DNA from: Balanoglossus misakiensis
Taxonomy: Eukaryota; Animalia; Hemichordata
NCBI GenBank assembly: GCA_040954595.2
Contig: CM082588.2
Location: forward strand, 9,780,844-9,844,843
Length of the DNA: 64,000 bases
Direction: 5' to 3'
This document shows, in pieces, positions 26,547 to 38,626 of the stretch. Positions within the stretch are counted from its first letter, which is position 1; each line of letters begins with the position of its first letter. Both the position numbers and the translations under genes were made by a program. The notes beneath the pieces were generated by a model. The model saw nothing but the letters and a program-made list of their open reading frames with translations, made no database searches and had not been told where the DNA came from.

Positions 26547-28793
26547 CACGATGTGTACTCCAAAAAGTCCAAATTTTTCGCACTATTTGCAGCATAACTC
26601 CAATGATGTTATTTGCACTGCTGCGGTGCAAATAAGAGTTCCCTGCACCGCAGCGGTGCGAATAAGAGTTCCCTGCCCCGCAACGATCTGACAGTTCTTT
26701 ATTCACTCGTCGGCGACAAAAACGTTTTATTACGACATAAATAACGAATTTTTCGCTCCATGGTTGGTCATGCGGACAGAAACACACGGTTTTTGGTGAG
26801 TTTATCTTTCTCTCTCCTGAGCACTCCGTATTCAGACTTGCCCAAGTGAACCGCGACAAAATATGGCCAAGTTTCCCTGCATGTTTCTTATACCCTACAG
26901 ATAAAAAATGCAGCGTAGATATTGAAATGAATTGGCTTTATGAAAATGCTAAAAATGACACTGATAATGTCGTTAAACATTATCACAAAAAAGTGGTCTC
27001 GAACCAACATCAGTTGACACCTTCAGGTAAAAGGGTAGCCTTCCTGAACCCTTCGCCATCACGATGTGTACTCGAAAAAGTCGGAAATTTTTCGCACTAT
27101 TTTGCAGCATAACTCCAATGATCTTATTTGCACCGCAGCGGTGCAAATGAGAGTTCCCTGCACCGCAGCAGTGCAAATAATAGTTCCCTGCACCGCAGTG
27201 GTGCGAATAACAGTTCCCTGCACCGCAGTGGTGCGAATAACAGTTCCCTGAACAGCAACGATCTGTCCGTTCTTTATTCCCTCCTAGGCGACAAAAACGT
27301 TTTATTACGGCCTAAATAACGACTTTTTCGCTCCTTGGTTGGTCATGCGGACGGAAAGACACGGTTTTAGCGAGTTTATCTTTCTCTCTGCTGAGCACTC
27401 CGTATTCACACTTGCCCAAGTGAACCGCGACAAAAAAATGACCAAGTTTCCCTGCATGTTTCTTATGCCCGACAGATAAAAAACGCAGCGTAGATATTGA
27501 AATGAATTGGCTTTATGAAAATGCTAAAAATTACACTGATAATGTCGTTAAAAATTCTCACGAAAAAAAAAATAGAAAAAGAAGTGGTCTCGAATCAACA
27601 TCAGTTGACACCTTCAGGTAAAAGGCTAGCTTTTCTGAACCATTCGCCATCACGATGTGTACTCGAAAAAGTCGGAAATTTTCGCACTATATTGCAGCAT
27701 AACTCAAATGATCTTATTTGCACCGCAGCGGTGCTGTTACGATATATAAAAATAGGAAAATTAAGAATTTCGCTCATAATAAAGAATTGTAATTTCTATG
27801 ATTAATTTCCAATTAGATTAGTAACTCTGTGTATAGAGGTCAATAACTCCATGTATAGAGGTCAAATACTTTTAGGTAAGACATTAATTAATAGCCACAA
27901 CATTTAATTACCTTGGAGATATCGAGTACCTTACAAATAATGAGACCTGGGAATTTCAATCAACGAATGAGTTTTAATTACATATTTTACGTAATGTACC
28001 TCTATATTATTAAAATACGAGGGAGGAGATGTTTGCATACGATGGTTGCTAGTCCTTGTATTCGATCACCTTCAGTTGGTCGTGATCTTGACAGAGATAA
28101 TTTCTTCTTTGAGAACCGACAGCCAATCCGAAGGATATTTCAGTGTGTAATAATTTTGTAATTGGACGATCAAGAATATGCCGATGTGTTGTAAAGTTGT
28201 AATTGGACAATGAGAATCACACTATGATGAATCTTTGATTTCTCTTCTTTCTCAAAGACATATAAACTCTGTAATTTCTTGCTTTTGGGTAGAACAACCA
28301 TCTTGCAGACAACCGTGTGTTGTAAAGCCTTTGCACCAGAAATAAAGCATTCTGACTCCCACTACTTCCAGTCTCAACGAGTCTCTACTTTGGTAGATCC
28401 TGTACACCTCTTTGCTACTGCAAAGTTAGAGTACCATCTGGACCAGCCGTAACAGTGCAAATAAGAGTTCCCTGCAACGCAGCGGTGTAAATAAGATTTC
28501 TCTGCACCGCAGCGATCTGACCGTTCTTTATTCACTCCTCGGCGATAAAAACGTTTTATTACGGCCTAAAAACGCAGCGTAGGTATTGAAATAAATTGGA
28601 TATATGAAAATAATAAAAATTACAATGATAATGTCGTTAAAAGTTCTCACGAAAAAAAGAAATAAAAGAGTGGTCTCGAACCAACATCAGTTAACACCTT
28701 CAGGTAAAAGGTTAGCCTTTGTGAACCATTCGCCATCATGATGTGTACTCGAAAAAGGCGGAAATTTTCCGCACTATATTGCAGCATAACTCC
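26547..28793. repeat. Tandem array (units start 26547, 27060, 27651, 28737) with internal 30-bp ccctgcaccgcagcggtgc..ataagagtt subrepeats
   Basis: Direct comparison of the units. Confidence 0.85.
27735..28454 (+). mobile_element. Solo LTR of the adjacent Gypsy family
   Basis: tgttac...gtaaca with a 4-bp TSD gtgc. The last ~180 bp are nearly identical to 28794-28975. Confidence 0.9.
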
Positions 28794-29051
28794 AATTTCT
28801 TGCTTTTGGGTAGAACAACCATCTTGCAGACAACCGTGTGTTGTAAAGCCTTTGCACCAGAAATAAAGCATTCTGACTCCCACTACATCCAGTCTCAACG
28901 AGTCTCTACTTTGGTAGATCCTGTACACCTCTTTGCTACTGCAAAGTTGGAGTACCATCTGGACCAACCGTAACATTTGGTGGAGAAGTCCGACGGGTAT
29001 CGAAGCAAACTCGTTGATGACAACACGTAGTGGGACGAGATACAGCATCAT

Positions 29052-30081
29052 AATGGCAGATAACCAACTTCCACTACCACTAGAGGCAGAAGTGAAAGCT
29101 GAGGCAGAGCCACAACAACCGGCTCCTGAACAAGCGGCAGAAGTACAAGGTGCTGAATGGCAGGGCATCTTACAAGCCCAGCTGGCTGAAATCCGTTTGG
29201 CTTGTACTGATAGCTCAGACGGTTTATCACCAGCAACCTTCAGAGGTCGTGAAGACGAAAACGTACATCAGTGGTGGCAAAGATACCTAGACTTTGCCAA
29301 CTTCAGGGGCTGGGCGGACGACAAGAAACGAAGCGGCATTGGTCTATACCTTGCCGGAGAGGCCGAACGATGGTTCCGGAGCCAGCCTGACGAGGTGAAG
29401 AACGACCTCGAGACCATCGGAACTAAGCTGCAGGAACGCTTTGGTAAGTATGGCCCTATGTGGCTGTACGACCAACAGCTATACAAGCTTAGACAGCAGC
29501 CCCGCCAGTCGGTCGAGCAATATGCAGCTTTGCTCAAAGATAAAAGCGACAAGGCGCAAAAATCCGACAGGGAGCTCCTGTCTTTCTTCATGAACGGCCT
29601 GAGACCTAAAATACAGGCCTTCGTGGCGGGACGGACTCCTAAGGATTTTGCGTCGGCGTATCTACACGCCAAAACAGCTGAAGTTGTCACCAAGCTCCCC
29701 TCAGACGAGGATGAACCCACCCCCGGCGTCCGAGCGATCATCGGCCACCTGAACACTTTATCTGAAGAGATCAAGACCCTTCAGAGCAGAGCAGACCAGA
29801 AACCGCAACATCCAGGGGACCGACGTTCAGAACAGAGGCGACCACCTGCCGACTACGCAAGACGACCACCTGCCAACTACGCAAGACGACCACCTGCTAC
29901 CTATGGAGGACGAGCAATACGAAATGCTCAGGTAGAATGCTTTAATTGTCGTCAAATAGGTCATAGTGCTCCCAATTGTCCTAGTAACTCCCGCAGATAT
30001 TTTGATACTCGAATTTGTTATTCTTGTAAACAACCTGGGCATATCGCACGAAATTGTCGACGTGCTCATTTAAACAATTAA
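29052..30081 (+). CDS. Gypsy Gag (capsid + two CCHC)
   Basis: ATG near 29052; FRGREDENVHQW, LAGEAERW, CFNCRQIGHSAPNC and CYSCKQPGHIARNC; tttaaac slippery site at ~30069. Confidence 0.88.
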
Positions 30082-33000
30082 GGCCCACTTGGGATATTTG
30101 TTCCGCTGAGTCACCCAGTGAACGGCCGCAATTTGGATTTAATCAGACTCGTAAGGGAGCGCAGGACATAAGGGGCACTAGTGGTCAATCTGATGAAACC
30201 CCTATTCTTAGTGATAATAAGATTATTGTTTCCATTTGTTCAAGAGATGTACATTCTTTAATTAATACCGGAGCAAACATAACTGTCGCACCAATCCGAC
30301 TGTTGAAAATGGTTCCTGAACTGAGCAAATATCAAATTTATAAATCTCGTTATCATTCTGTTCAAACTGCTGATGCAAGTAAACTAAATGTGATGGGATT
30401 TATGAAAATACCTGCTCAAGTTGGGAATCAAACGGTAATTTTATACGTTAACCTTGTCGACACTCTCAGCCATGATTTAATTTTGGGTGTTGATTTTATG
30501 CGACGTTATGGTGCTGTTGTTAATTTCCAAACCAATAGTATAAATTTAAAATCAAAGGTATCTGTCAGGGCTAGTAATAATGTTTTAATTCCTCCAAATA
30601 GCGAAGCAATATTTACAACTAAAGTGTCTTCTAAATTTCGAAATGGTATTCTAGGTTGTGTTAACGATAAGAGGTCTAAATTACCTCCTGGTGTTCTAAT
30701 GGCGAGAAGTTTGGCATATTCCGACAAGAAATTTATTCCTGTGCGTGTTGTTAATACTTTAGAATCTGAAGTTTGTATAAAGAAAAATACTGTTGTCGGA
30801 ATGTTCTCGCCCTTGCCTGTTCAAAGTCATATCATTCCTTTAGATAAGCCTAATGTTAGCACAGTATCGTCAAGTGTTAAACAGACCAAAACAAATTACT
30901 TGTTGACTCAATTGCGATTAGACAACTTAGATGTAAATAATGAAGAGAGGGAACAACTTAAACAGGTGTTGCTCAGAAACTCTGATGCTTTTGTTGATTC
31001 TACTGGCAAATTAGGTCATTGTGATATAATCAAGCATACAATCCCACTTGAGGAGGGGGCCGTACCATTTAGACGTCCACCGTACAGAGTAACGCCGGAG
31101 AAAAGGCGAGAATTAGAATCACAAGTTGACAAATTATTAGCGCAGGGTATAATTGAACCATCTACCTCTCCATACGCGAGTCCAGTTGTTTTAGTTCGCA
31201 AACCCGACGGATCGTGGCGATTTTGTACTGATTTTCGACAATTTAACTAAATTACCGTGCCTGACTCTTTTCCCTTGCCGCGAACAGACGAATCACTTGA
31301 AATGTTAGGGAGAAGCAAGCCGCAGTATTTTTCCACTTTAGATTTACAGTCTGGATTTTTTCAGTTAGATTTAGACGAAGAGAGTAGACCTAAGACAGCT
31401 TTTGTAACTCATCAAGGGTTATACCAATATCGTCGCCTAGCTCAAGGATTACGCAACAGTGCTAGTTGTTTTCAACGCACCATGCAATTTGTTTTGCGCA
31501 ATATTATGTGGCAATATGTACTTTGTTATATCGACGACATAATTTTCAGTAGCACATTCGAAGAGCATTTGCAACATCTTGACACAGTTTTGACTAGATT
31601 ACGCGACGCCGGACTTAAGTTAAAACCCGGCAAATGTCAATTAATGAGAAAGAGCGTTAAATTTCTAGGTCATATTATAGACCGAGACAGAATCGCTGTT
31701 GACGAGAGCAAAGTGACCGCTGTCAAGAATTATCCCCGCCCTCACACTGTCACGCAACTTAAGTCATTTCTAGGTTTAGCTAATTACTATCGGAAATTCA
31801 TTAAGAATTTCTCCATTATCGCCAGGCCATTGCATAAGTTGTTGGGTAAGGATGAAAAATTCCTTTGGAATGAAAGGTGCGAAGCTGCATTTCAACAGTT
31901 GAAACAGGTTTTATGCGAAGCACCGATATTGGGGTATCCTGATTCCAGTAAAGATTTCATTGTTTATACGGATTGTTCCACTCATGCACTTGGTTTTTTA
32001 TTGGCACAACAACAGGATGGTATTGAACGAGTTTTTTTGTATGGCGGGAGAAGTTTAAATTGTCATGAACGAAATTATACAGTAACTGAAATGGAAGCAT
32101 TGGCGGTAGTCCATGCCATTCGTTATTGTGATCAATACATTCGTAATAATCATATCACCATAGTAACGGACCATTCCAACTTAACATACATGTTCAAACA
32201 GAAAATACCTAAAGGCCGTATTGGACGTTGGATCATGACCATGCAACAATATGACTATGAAATTATTTACAGACCTGGTAGGAAACATATGAATGCTGAC
32301 GGGTTGTCAAGGCGACCTTATCCCCAGTGTGAAGGGTACAAGTCTGATGTAACTAACTTAGAGCAGGCACCCGAGATAAACTACAAACCTAATAGCCAAA
32401 TCGTAATGTTAGATAAGTCTGTAAATACTGAGCCATCACATCCGCTTGGTGTAAAAAATGTTGAGATAAGGCATCGACCGGAACCTGAGGTTAATGATTC
32501 TCCTAATACTGAGGCCACCTCAGGGTACGGGACTTTAACTCGTAGCTCCGATAATTCCTCTCAGTCACAAATCGAGGATACATTTGATGAAGAGGTTCAA
32601 TCACAAATGAAGGGAGAGCAAAGAAAGGATAGTTATCTAAATAAATTTCTTAATTATTTGGAGAATGATGAATTGCCTACTGATCTCAAGCTAGCTCGTA
32701 AATTCGTTAATATGGCTCCAAATTATGACATTGTTGACGGGGTTTTGTATCATTTTTGGAAACCCACGGGGAAATCAATTGATAAGCTTGACTGTGTTAG
32801 GCAGGTCGTAATACCTAAATCTTTACGAAATTATGTCTTAAGGGGGGCTCACGATTGTGTTTTGGGGGGACATTTAGGGTATACCAAGACGTTAGGAGTT
32901 CTGAGGCAGAGATATTTTTGGGAACGAATGCCTCGGGACGTTAACATGTACGTTAAGACGTGCGCACATTGCCACACAAGAAAACGAGCCACACCCCCAA

Positions 33001-33842
33001 CACACGCCAAGTTGTTACCTATTCCAGTTTCAGGACCCTGGGACCGATTGGGTATGGATATTGTGGGACCACTCCCTAGAACTTATGATGGTCATACTCA
33101 TAAGTACATTCTAGTACTCACTGACTACTTTTCTAAAATCCCACTAGCGTATCCATTACGAAATGCACGAGCTGAGACAGTTGCTAAGGTCTTGTTTGAT
33201 GAAGTCATCGCTACTTATGGCAGTCCAAGAGTTTTGATGAGTGATCAGGGATCGAATTTTTTGTCTCAAGTTGTTCAAGAAACTTGTAAATTCTTCAACA
33301 TTCAAAGGAAAGTTTCCACCCCTTATCGTCCACAAACTAATGGCCTTACAGAGCGGTTTAATGGTTGCTTAGTCGACATGCTATCCATGTGTGTCGATAG
33401 TAAACAGAAAGATTGGGATCGGTGCCTAAGTTCAGTGCTTTTCGCTTATAGAGTTAGCCCTCAAGAGTCCAGTGGGTTCAGCCCTTTTTATCTGTTATAC
33501 GGTCGGCATCCCACATTGCCCATGGATGTTGAATTCCAACCAGTGGAGGGTAGGACAAGAAATATAGATACACACCTTAAACACTTAGCCACAAAAAGGG
33601 ATATAGCTCATCGATACGCCAAACAAAACATAGATAGATATCAGCAGAATATGAAAGACCGCTATGATCAAAATATCCAGCGGTCACAGACTCTTAAAGT
33701 AGGGGATCCTGTTTATTTATATACACCCGCTGTTAAGCCTGGGGTTAATAAGAAGTTTGTACATAAATGGACGGGTCCGTATGTAATTTCAGAAGCAGTT
33801 TCCCCATGGAATTATAAATTGAGACACTTAAATAGCAATAAG
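30054..33842 (+). pseudogene. Gypsy Pol (PR-RT-RH-INT), inactivated
   Basis: INTGA (DTG mutated), stop codon at 31248-31250, YIDD, TDCS, HHCC, SDQG and TERFN; truncated after GPY. Confidence 0.9.
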
Positions 33843-34357
33843 AAATATAGCTGCAAGCAGCGATAGTGGGCCCAAGCCGAAATAGCACATAGGAACATAG
33901 CAATAAGCAATAGTGTTTGGTGCTTATTTGTGCGAAATGTAAAGATAGGATGCTATTAATTTATGTAGAAGTCTTCATTCATGTCAGTTTAAGGTGAAAG
34001 GTCCTGTGAGGTCACTGTAAATTTGGGGCAAAAAGTGTGGACTCCCATACTAGTCTATGTGCAACAAAAACCAAACTCTACTTGCACTGGTTAGCCTGGA
34101 ATTAGGTATGTACATAATTTATGAGATAGGCAGGTGTAGCAGGTGCGTTGCAAATGAAGCTTTTCATTTTTGGCACATAGTGTACATTAATGTTTAATGA
34201 TTGAAGGAGTGTTGAATGTAGTTAACGTAGGTTTGTTGATAGTGAGGCATTCAAAGAAGTTGACAAGGGAAAAATTAGAGTCAAGAGGCAGTTGTAAATA
34301 AGTAGGCAGTTATTTATTTTAATCTCTGGCTGAACATAGAGGTTAAGAGGAATGGGA

Positions 34358-35311
34358 AACTATGGGGTTGAAGTTATCAAGATATACTCATATGCTGTGA
34401 TGCTCAAGCAAAATGCAGTAAAAAATATAAATAGAAAGTGAAACAAAGATTTCTCAAGAATGTTAAATAACAACAGCTAGACTATATTGAACTTGTGCAC
34501 ATAGTAAAAAAACATAGTTCACAACTTGTTAAAAAACAAAGCTTTCCAAAGAATGTTGAAGGGACAAAGTCTGTCTGTCGCTGCCCTTTGGTTTTGAACT
34601 ATGGGTTTGAAGTTATCAAGATATACTCAAATGCTGTGATGCTCAAGCAAAATGCAGGAAAAAATATAAATAGAAAAGTGAAACAAAGATTTCGCAAAAA
34701 TGTTAAATAATAACAGTCGAACTATATTGAACTTGTGGACATAGTGAAAAACATAGTTCACAAGTTGTCGTTAAAAGCAAAGCTTTTCAAAGAATGTTAA
34801 AGGGGCAAAGTTTGTCTCTCGCTGCCCTTTGGTTTTGAACTATGGGTTTGAAGTTATCAAGATATACTCATATGCTGTGATGCTCGAGCAAAATGCAGTA
34901 AAAAATATAAATAGAAAAGTGAAACAAGATTTCGCAAAAATGTTAAATAATAACAGTCGAACTATATTGAACTTGTGGACATAGTGAAAAACATAGTTCA
35001 CAAGTTGTCGTTAAAAGCGAAGCTTTCCAAAGAATGTTAAAGGGGCAAAGTTTGTCTCTCGCTGCCCTTTGGTTTTGAACTATGGGTTTGAAATTATCAA
35101 GATATACTCATATGCTGTGATGCTCAAGCAAAATGCAGTAAAAAATATAAATAGAAAAGTGAAACAAAGATTGTGCAAAAATGTTAAATAATAACAGTCG
35201 AACTATATTGAACTTGTGGACATAGTGAAAAACATAGTTCACAAGTTGTCTTTAAAAGCAAAGCTTTCCAAAGAATGTTAAAGGGACAAAGTCTGTCTTT
35301 CGCTGTCCTTT
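34358..35311. repeat. Four copies of a ~240-bp tandem repeat
   Basis: Units start 34358, 34597, 34838 and 35078 (aactatggg.ttgaagttatcaagatatactc). Confidence 0.92.
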
Positions 35312-35454
35312 TCTATTAATAATGTTTGATACAAGACAGTGTTCGTATTATTCTACATGTGGATATATAGAGAATCCATATTCAATGACAAACAACTTGC
35401 ATCGTGTTTGTAGGATGTGATAGTGGGAGAAACGCCATGAAATGAGTATGATAA

Positions 35455-36546
35455 CTACTGTGAGTGAAGGGTGAATGATGTGATGACGCGGCTGTGGATG
35501 TCATAGGTAATGGAGAAGTCATGAGTTTCAGTCAGGAAGGTGGATGCTATGTTATCAGAAGTGAAGAGTACGAGTGGGTTTCCTTGTGGTTGGCCGTAAT
35601 GTTGGGGGTTCAGTGTAGATAGGTATGCTGTAAGTGTGGTTTTGTGAAAGTATAGTTCCAGGTATTCGTCATTGTGTTGTACTGTAATTGAACCGGTGAA
35701 CTGGATGGGCATGTTTGTGGTATGTTGGGACGAGTGGCATTTTGTGCATTTTATCAGAGTTGGGAGTGTGTCATTTGGGTATGGTATGGTTTGGTTGCAG
35801 TTGTGTTTTATACATGTCAGGGTTTTTTGGAATGAGCATAGGTGTGGTTTGGTTATCAGGGTGTTTGTGTTTGGGTCAGTGTAGTGAGTGGTGTAGTTTT
35901 GCAGTGTTGTGGTTGGTGTGATTTTTGTGTTTGTGTGTGTGGATAAGTATTTTTGGCCGAGGTAAGATCTAACTGTTACTTCATTGAAACTGTATGATGT
36001 GTTAATGTGTAGGCTGTTGCTGAATGGCCCCCAAGCTGACAAGCGAATGGCTGTGGTGTGATCGGAAATTATGTTGTTTCTCATGGGAAGTGATTTGTGT
36101 GTAGATTTTAAGCCATACTGAATGTTGTCCTGTTGTATGATGTGTGCAGTGATGTTGATGTGTTCGTAATCTTTTTTCATGTGGACTGTATTTAGGGGAG
36201 TGATGATGTTTGGTTGCTGACAATAAGGGAATGTGCATGTGTTAATGATTTTTATGGTTGTGTTGATTTGCAGTTTGATCTCGTCTTCGTCAAGTTTGTT
36301 AAAGCATGGTTGAAATTTTATGTCATAGAGAGTAATGGGTAGTTTCCCTGTAGCTGCAATGTTGAGAGAATCGTAATGTTTTTGTGCTGAAAATGATATG
36401 AATCTGATGTATGTACTGGTGTTTGTTTGTAGCTGTCCGGTGAGTCTTGTGCCTGTCTGATGCAAGTTGTGGACATACCCAGTGGCTGTTGTTGGTTTGG
36501 TTGTTGCAGATGCTGGATTGTGGATTTGTAGCATTCTTCGTTTCAT
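35455..36546 (-). CDS. RPA1-like ssDNA-binding protein (tandem OB folds + C4 zinc finger)
   Basis: INITAHII..ISDHTTAIRLSAWG..SYSFNEVTVRSYLGQKYLST resembles the RPA OB pattern; C-x4-C..CTKC zinc motif. Uninterrupted 363 aa, with a minus-strand splice acceptor tttccag just upstream. Confidence 0.7.
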   Translation of the reverse strand: MKRRMLQIHNPASATTKPTTATGYVHNLHQTGTRLTGQLQTNTSTYIRFISFSAQKHYDSLNIAATGKLPITLYDIKFQPCFNKLDEDEIKLQINTTIKIINTCTFPYCQQPNIITPLNTVHMKKDYEHINITAHIIQQDNIQYGLKSTHKSLPMRNNIISDHTTAIRLSAWGPFSNSLHINTSYSFNEVTVRSYLGQKYLSTHTNTKITPTTTLQNYTTHYTDPNTNTLITKPHLCSFQKTLTCIKHNCNQTIPYPNDTLPTLIKCTKCHSSQHTTNMPIQFTGSITVQHNDEYLELYFHKTTLTAYLSTLNPQHYGQPQGNPLVLFTSDNIASTFLTETHDFSITYDIHSRVITSFTLHSQ

Positions 36547-37590
36547 GGAAGGAGCTGGAAATATAGACAGTAATAGTGTGATTGTGTAGTGAATGTTAAG
36601 GGTGTGTATTTCAGTTGCTGAGAATATAGATAAGTGGAAGTTAAAGGGACAAATTCCTCTCTTGCTGCTGTTTCAACATTAATTATGTTTGATACAAAAC
36701 ACTGTTCATGTAATTCTACAAGTAGATATATAGTGAATTAATGTTTGACCATATACAACTTTTATGGTGCTTGTTGACATATTGAAATGAATAATTATTC
36801 TGTACTGTGTATTCATAGAGGCGAATTTGTACTGTTGTATGATATAAACGGGGTGGAAGTTGTGTGTTGTTGAACATTGCAGGTTCACTATATCCATATG
36901 GAATAACATGAATGGTGTGTTTGACAAAACATAATTACAGGAAAGGGAGAGACTTTGTTGCTGTAACGGGAACAGTATACACATGATGATTGACAATAAG
37001 GGCAACAGTGTATTTTGATGATTGAGGACGCTGCTAGTCACAACTAAAACAGTCTTGTTTGGAAAACAGACTGTATTGGTGTGACTGGCAGTCCCGAGGT
37101 CATCAAAAATACACTGTTCCCTAAATATGTAAGTCATCATGTGTTTTATAACACACCAAACACGACACACACCACATCCAGGCAACATTACTGGGCAGAA
37201 ACAGATCGAACTGATGCCTTAGGGAACAGTGCGAAATGACTAAGGTCATGTGAGAGCATTTTGACGAATTGCAATCGAGGGTTCACTGCATGGTGGTTCA
37301 CTGCATGGTGTGTTATAACATAGTTTGTGTACATAGAGAAATAGATACATACATATGGAATATGTGACTTCATAAATATGCACAGTCAATAAAAGGAAGG
37401 AACTTGTGTGTTGATGTGGACAGAGACACAAGGGATAGTTTTGCAACAACTAAGAGTAGAAACTCTGCACACCACAAATTAGAATAAGCAGGTACTCATT
37501 GTTATGTGAAAGTGGCAACCCTAATCAACATTGCATCACCTATGTGCGTTTAAAAACCATGGCTTCCCCGTTGCATTTTTGACGGGTTAG

Positions 37591-37637
37591 TCTCCTGATG
37601 AGTGACCCCAGTGACTAGTGAAACAACATTGTAGAGA
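37591..37637 (+). ncRNA. Type I hammerhead-ribozyme-like motif (degenerate stem II)
   Basis: tctc-CTGATGA-gtgaccccagtgactagt-GAAA-caa-ca-ttg-TA-gaga. Stem I (tctc/gaga), the conserved core, stem III and a GUA cleavage triplet are all present. Confidence 0.5.
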
Positions 37638-38626
37638 TTATTTACTGCCTATTGTTTTTCAATAACTGTGACTTTTTATTCTGGTCTGGTGAGGTATTGA
37701 GCACTTTGTATGAGACTAGTTGAACCACATACTGCGTATACAGAAATGCATACAGAAATGTTATCGGTATGATTATGGTAACTTGAGTTTGCGTTAATTG
37801 GTTTGAAGTTGTACTCACCATCTTCTGGTGCTGTACTGGTACTGGGGAACAGTTGTCTTTTTGCTGTTGTAGATGCTGTTGAAAGGAATACATGTGTGTT
37901 AGGAGCTTCTTAGGATTGGGGTGTATACAAGAAACTGTTTAATGGGAATGTGTCATCTGAATTGTGTGATAATAGTAATTGTGGAGGCTGTGTTCTTGTG
38001 GCTGTGACTTTGGGATGTAAAGGAAAATGGTGTGGCTGCTTTTGGAATGAAAGGTTGCAGTGTGGATTGTAATCTGTAAGCATGTGACACCTAGTATAGT
38101 GTAAATCAGTGTGTTAACAAATTGGGATGTTGTTCATTGTTGTGGGATATGAAATGGCAGTGGCACATGTTGAGGTGAAGCCTAATTTTAAAGTAGTATA
38201 GTTTGGTATTAGATGTAATTGAATGAAGTAAGATATACTGAAATCAATGAAGCCGGCAGAGCTGACACTGCTTGGATTATTTTCCTGATTTTATTTCCTT
38301 ACTTAAAATGGTTCATATGTAAGGTAAGTGACAGGATTACAGGAACACCTTTTTGGACACATGACTGAAAGTGTATGTTGCAATTTAAAAATGCTATGTA
38401 TTGAGGGAGTGCTGCATCGATGTAGTCAGTGTCTATAAAAAGAGTACATAGCTTTTATGGTATGTGTAACCAAGAGATGATAAACTGATGCAAATAATAG
38501 TAGAGATTTTAGAGGAAAGAGGATATATTTGAAGAATTTTATGGAGGGGAAAATGTGGGAAATTTAGCAGGTGTAAAAGCTTTAAGAGGTCTAAGGAATG
38601 TGTGTAGCATGTGTGGAAATCATATC

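Larger units (their letters stand above)
28794..33842 (+). mobile_element. Gypsy LTR retrotransposon, 5' LTR truncated and 3' end interrupted
   Basis: Partial LTR 28794-28975, PBS tggtggagaa (tRNA-Ala-like), gag and pol. Ends abruptly at a Helentron-type terminus. Confidence 0.9.

Noticed and set aside
26620-27250. 30-bp palindromic repeats resembling a CRISPR array
   Set aside because: The repeats are head-to-tail with no unique spacers, there are no cas genes, and the context is eukaryotic TE DNA.
36706-37188. 160-aa minus-strand ORF next to the RPA-like gene
   Set aside because: Non-ATG start, no motif, and it overlaps dispersed repeat sequence.
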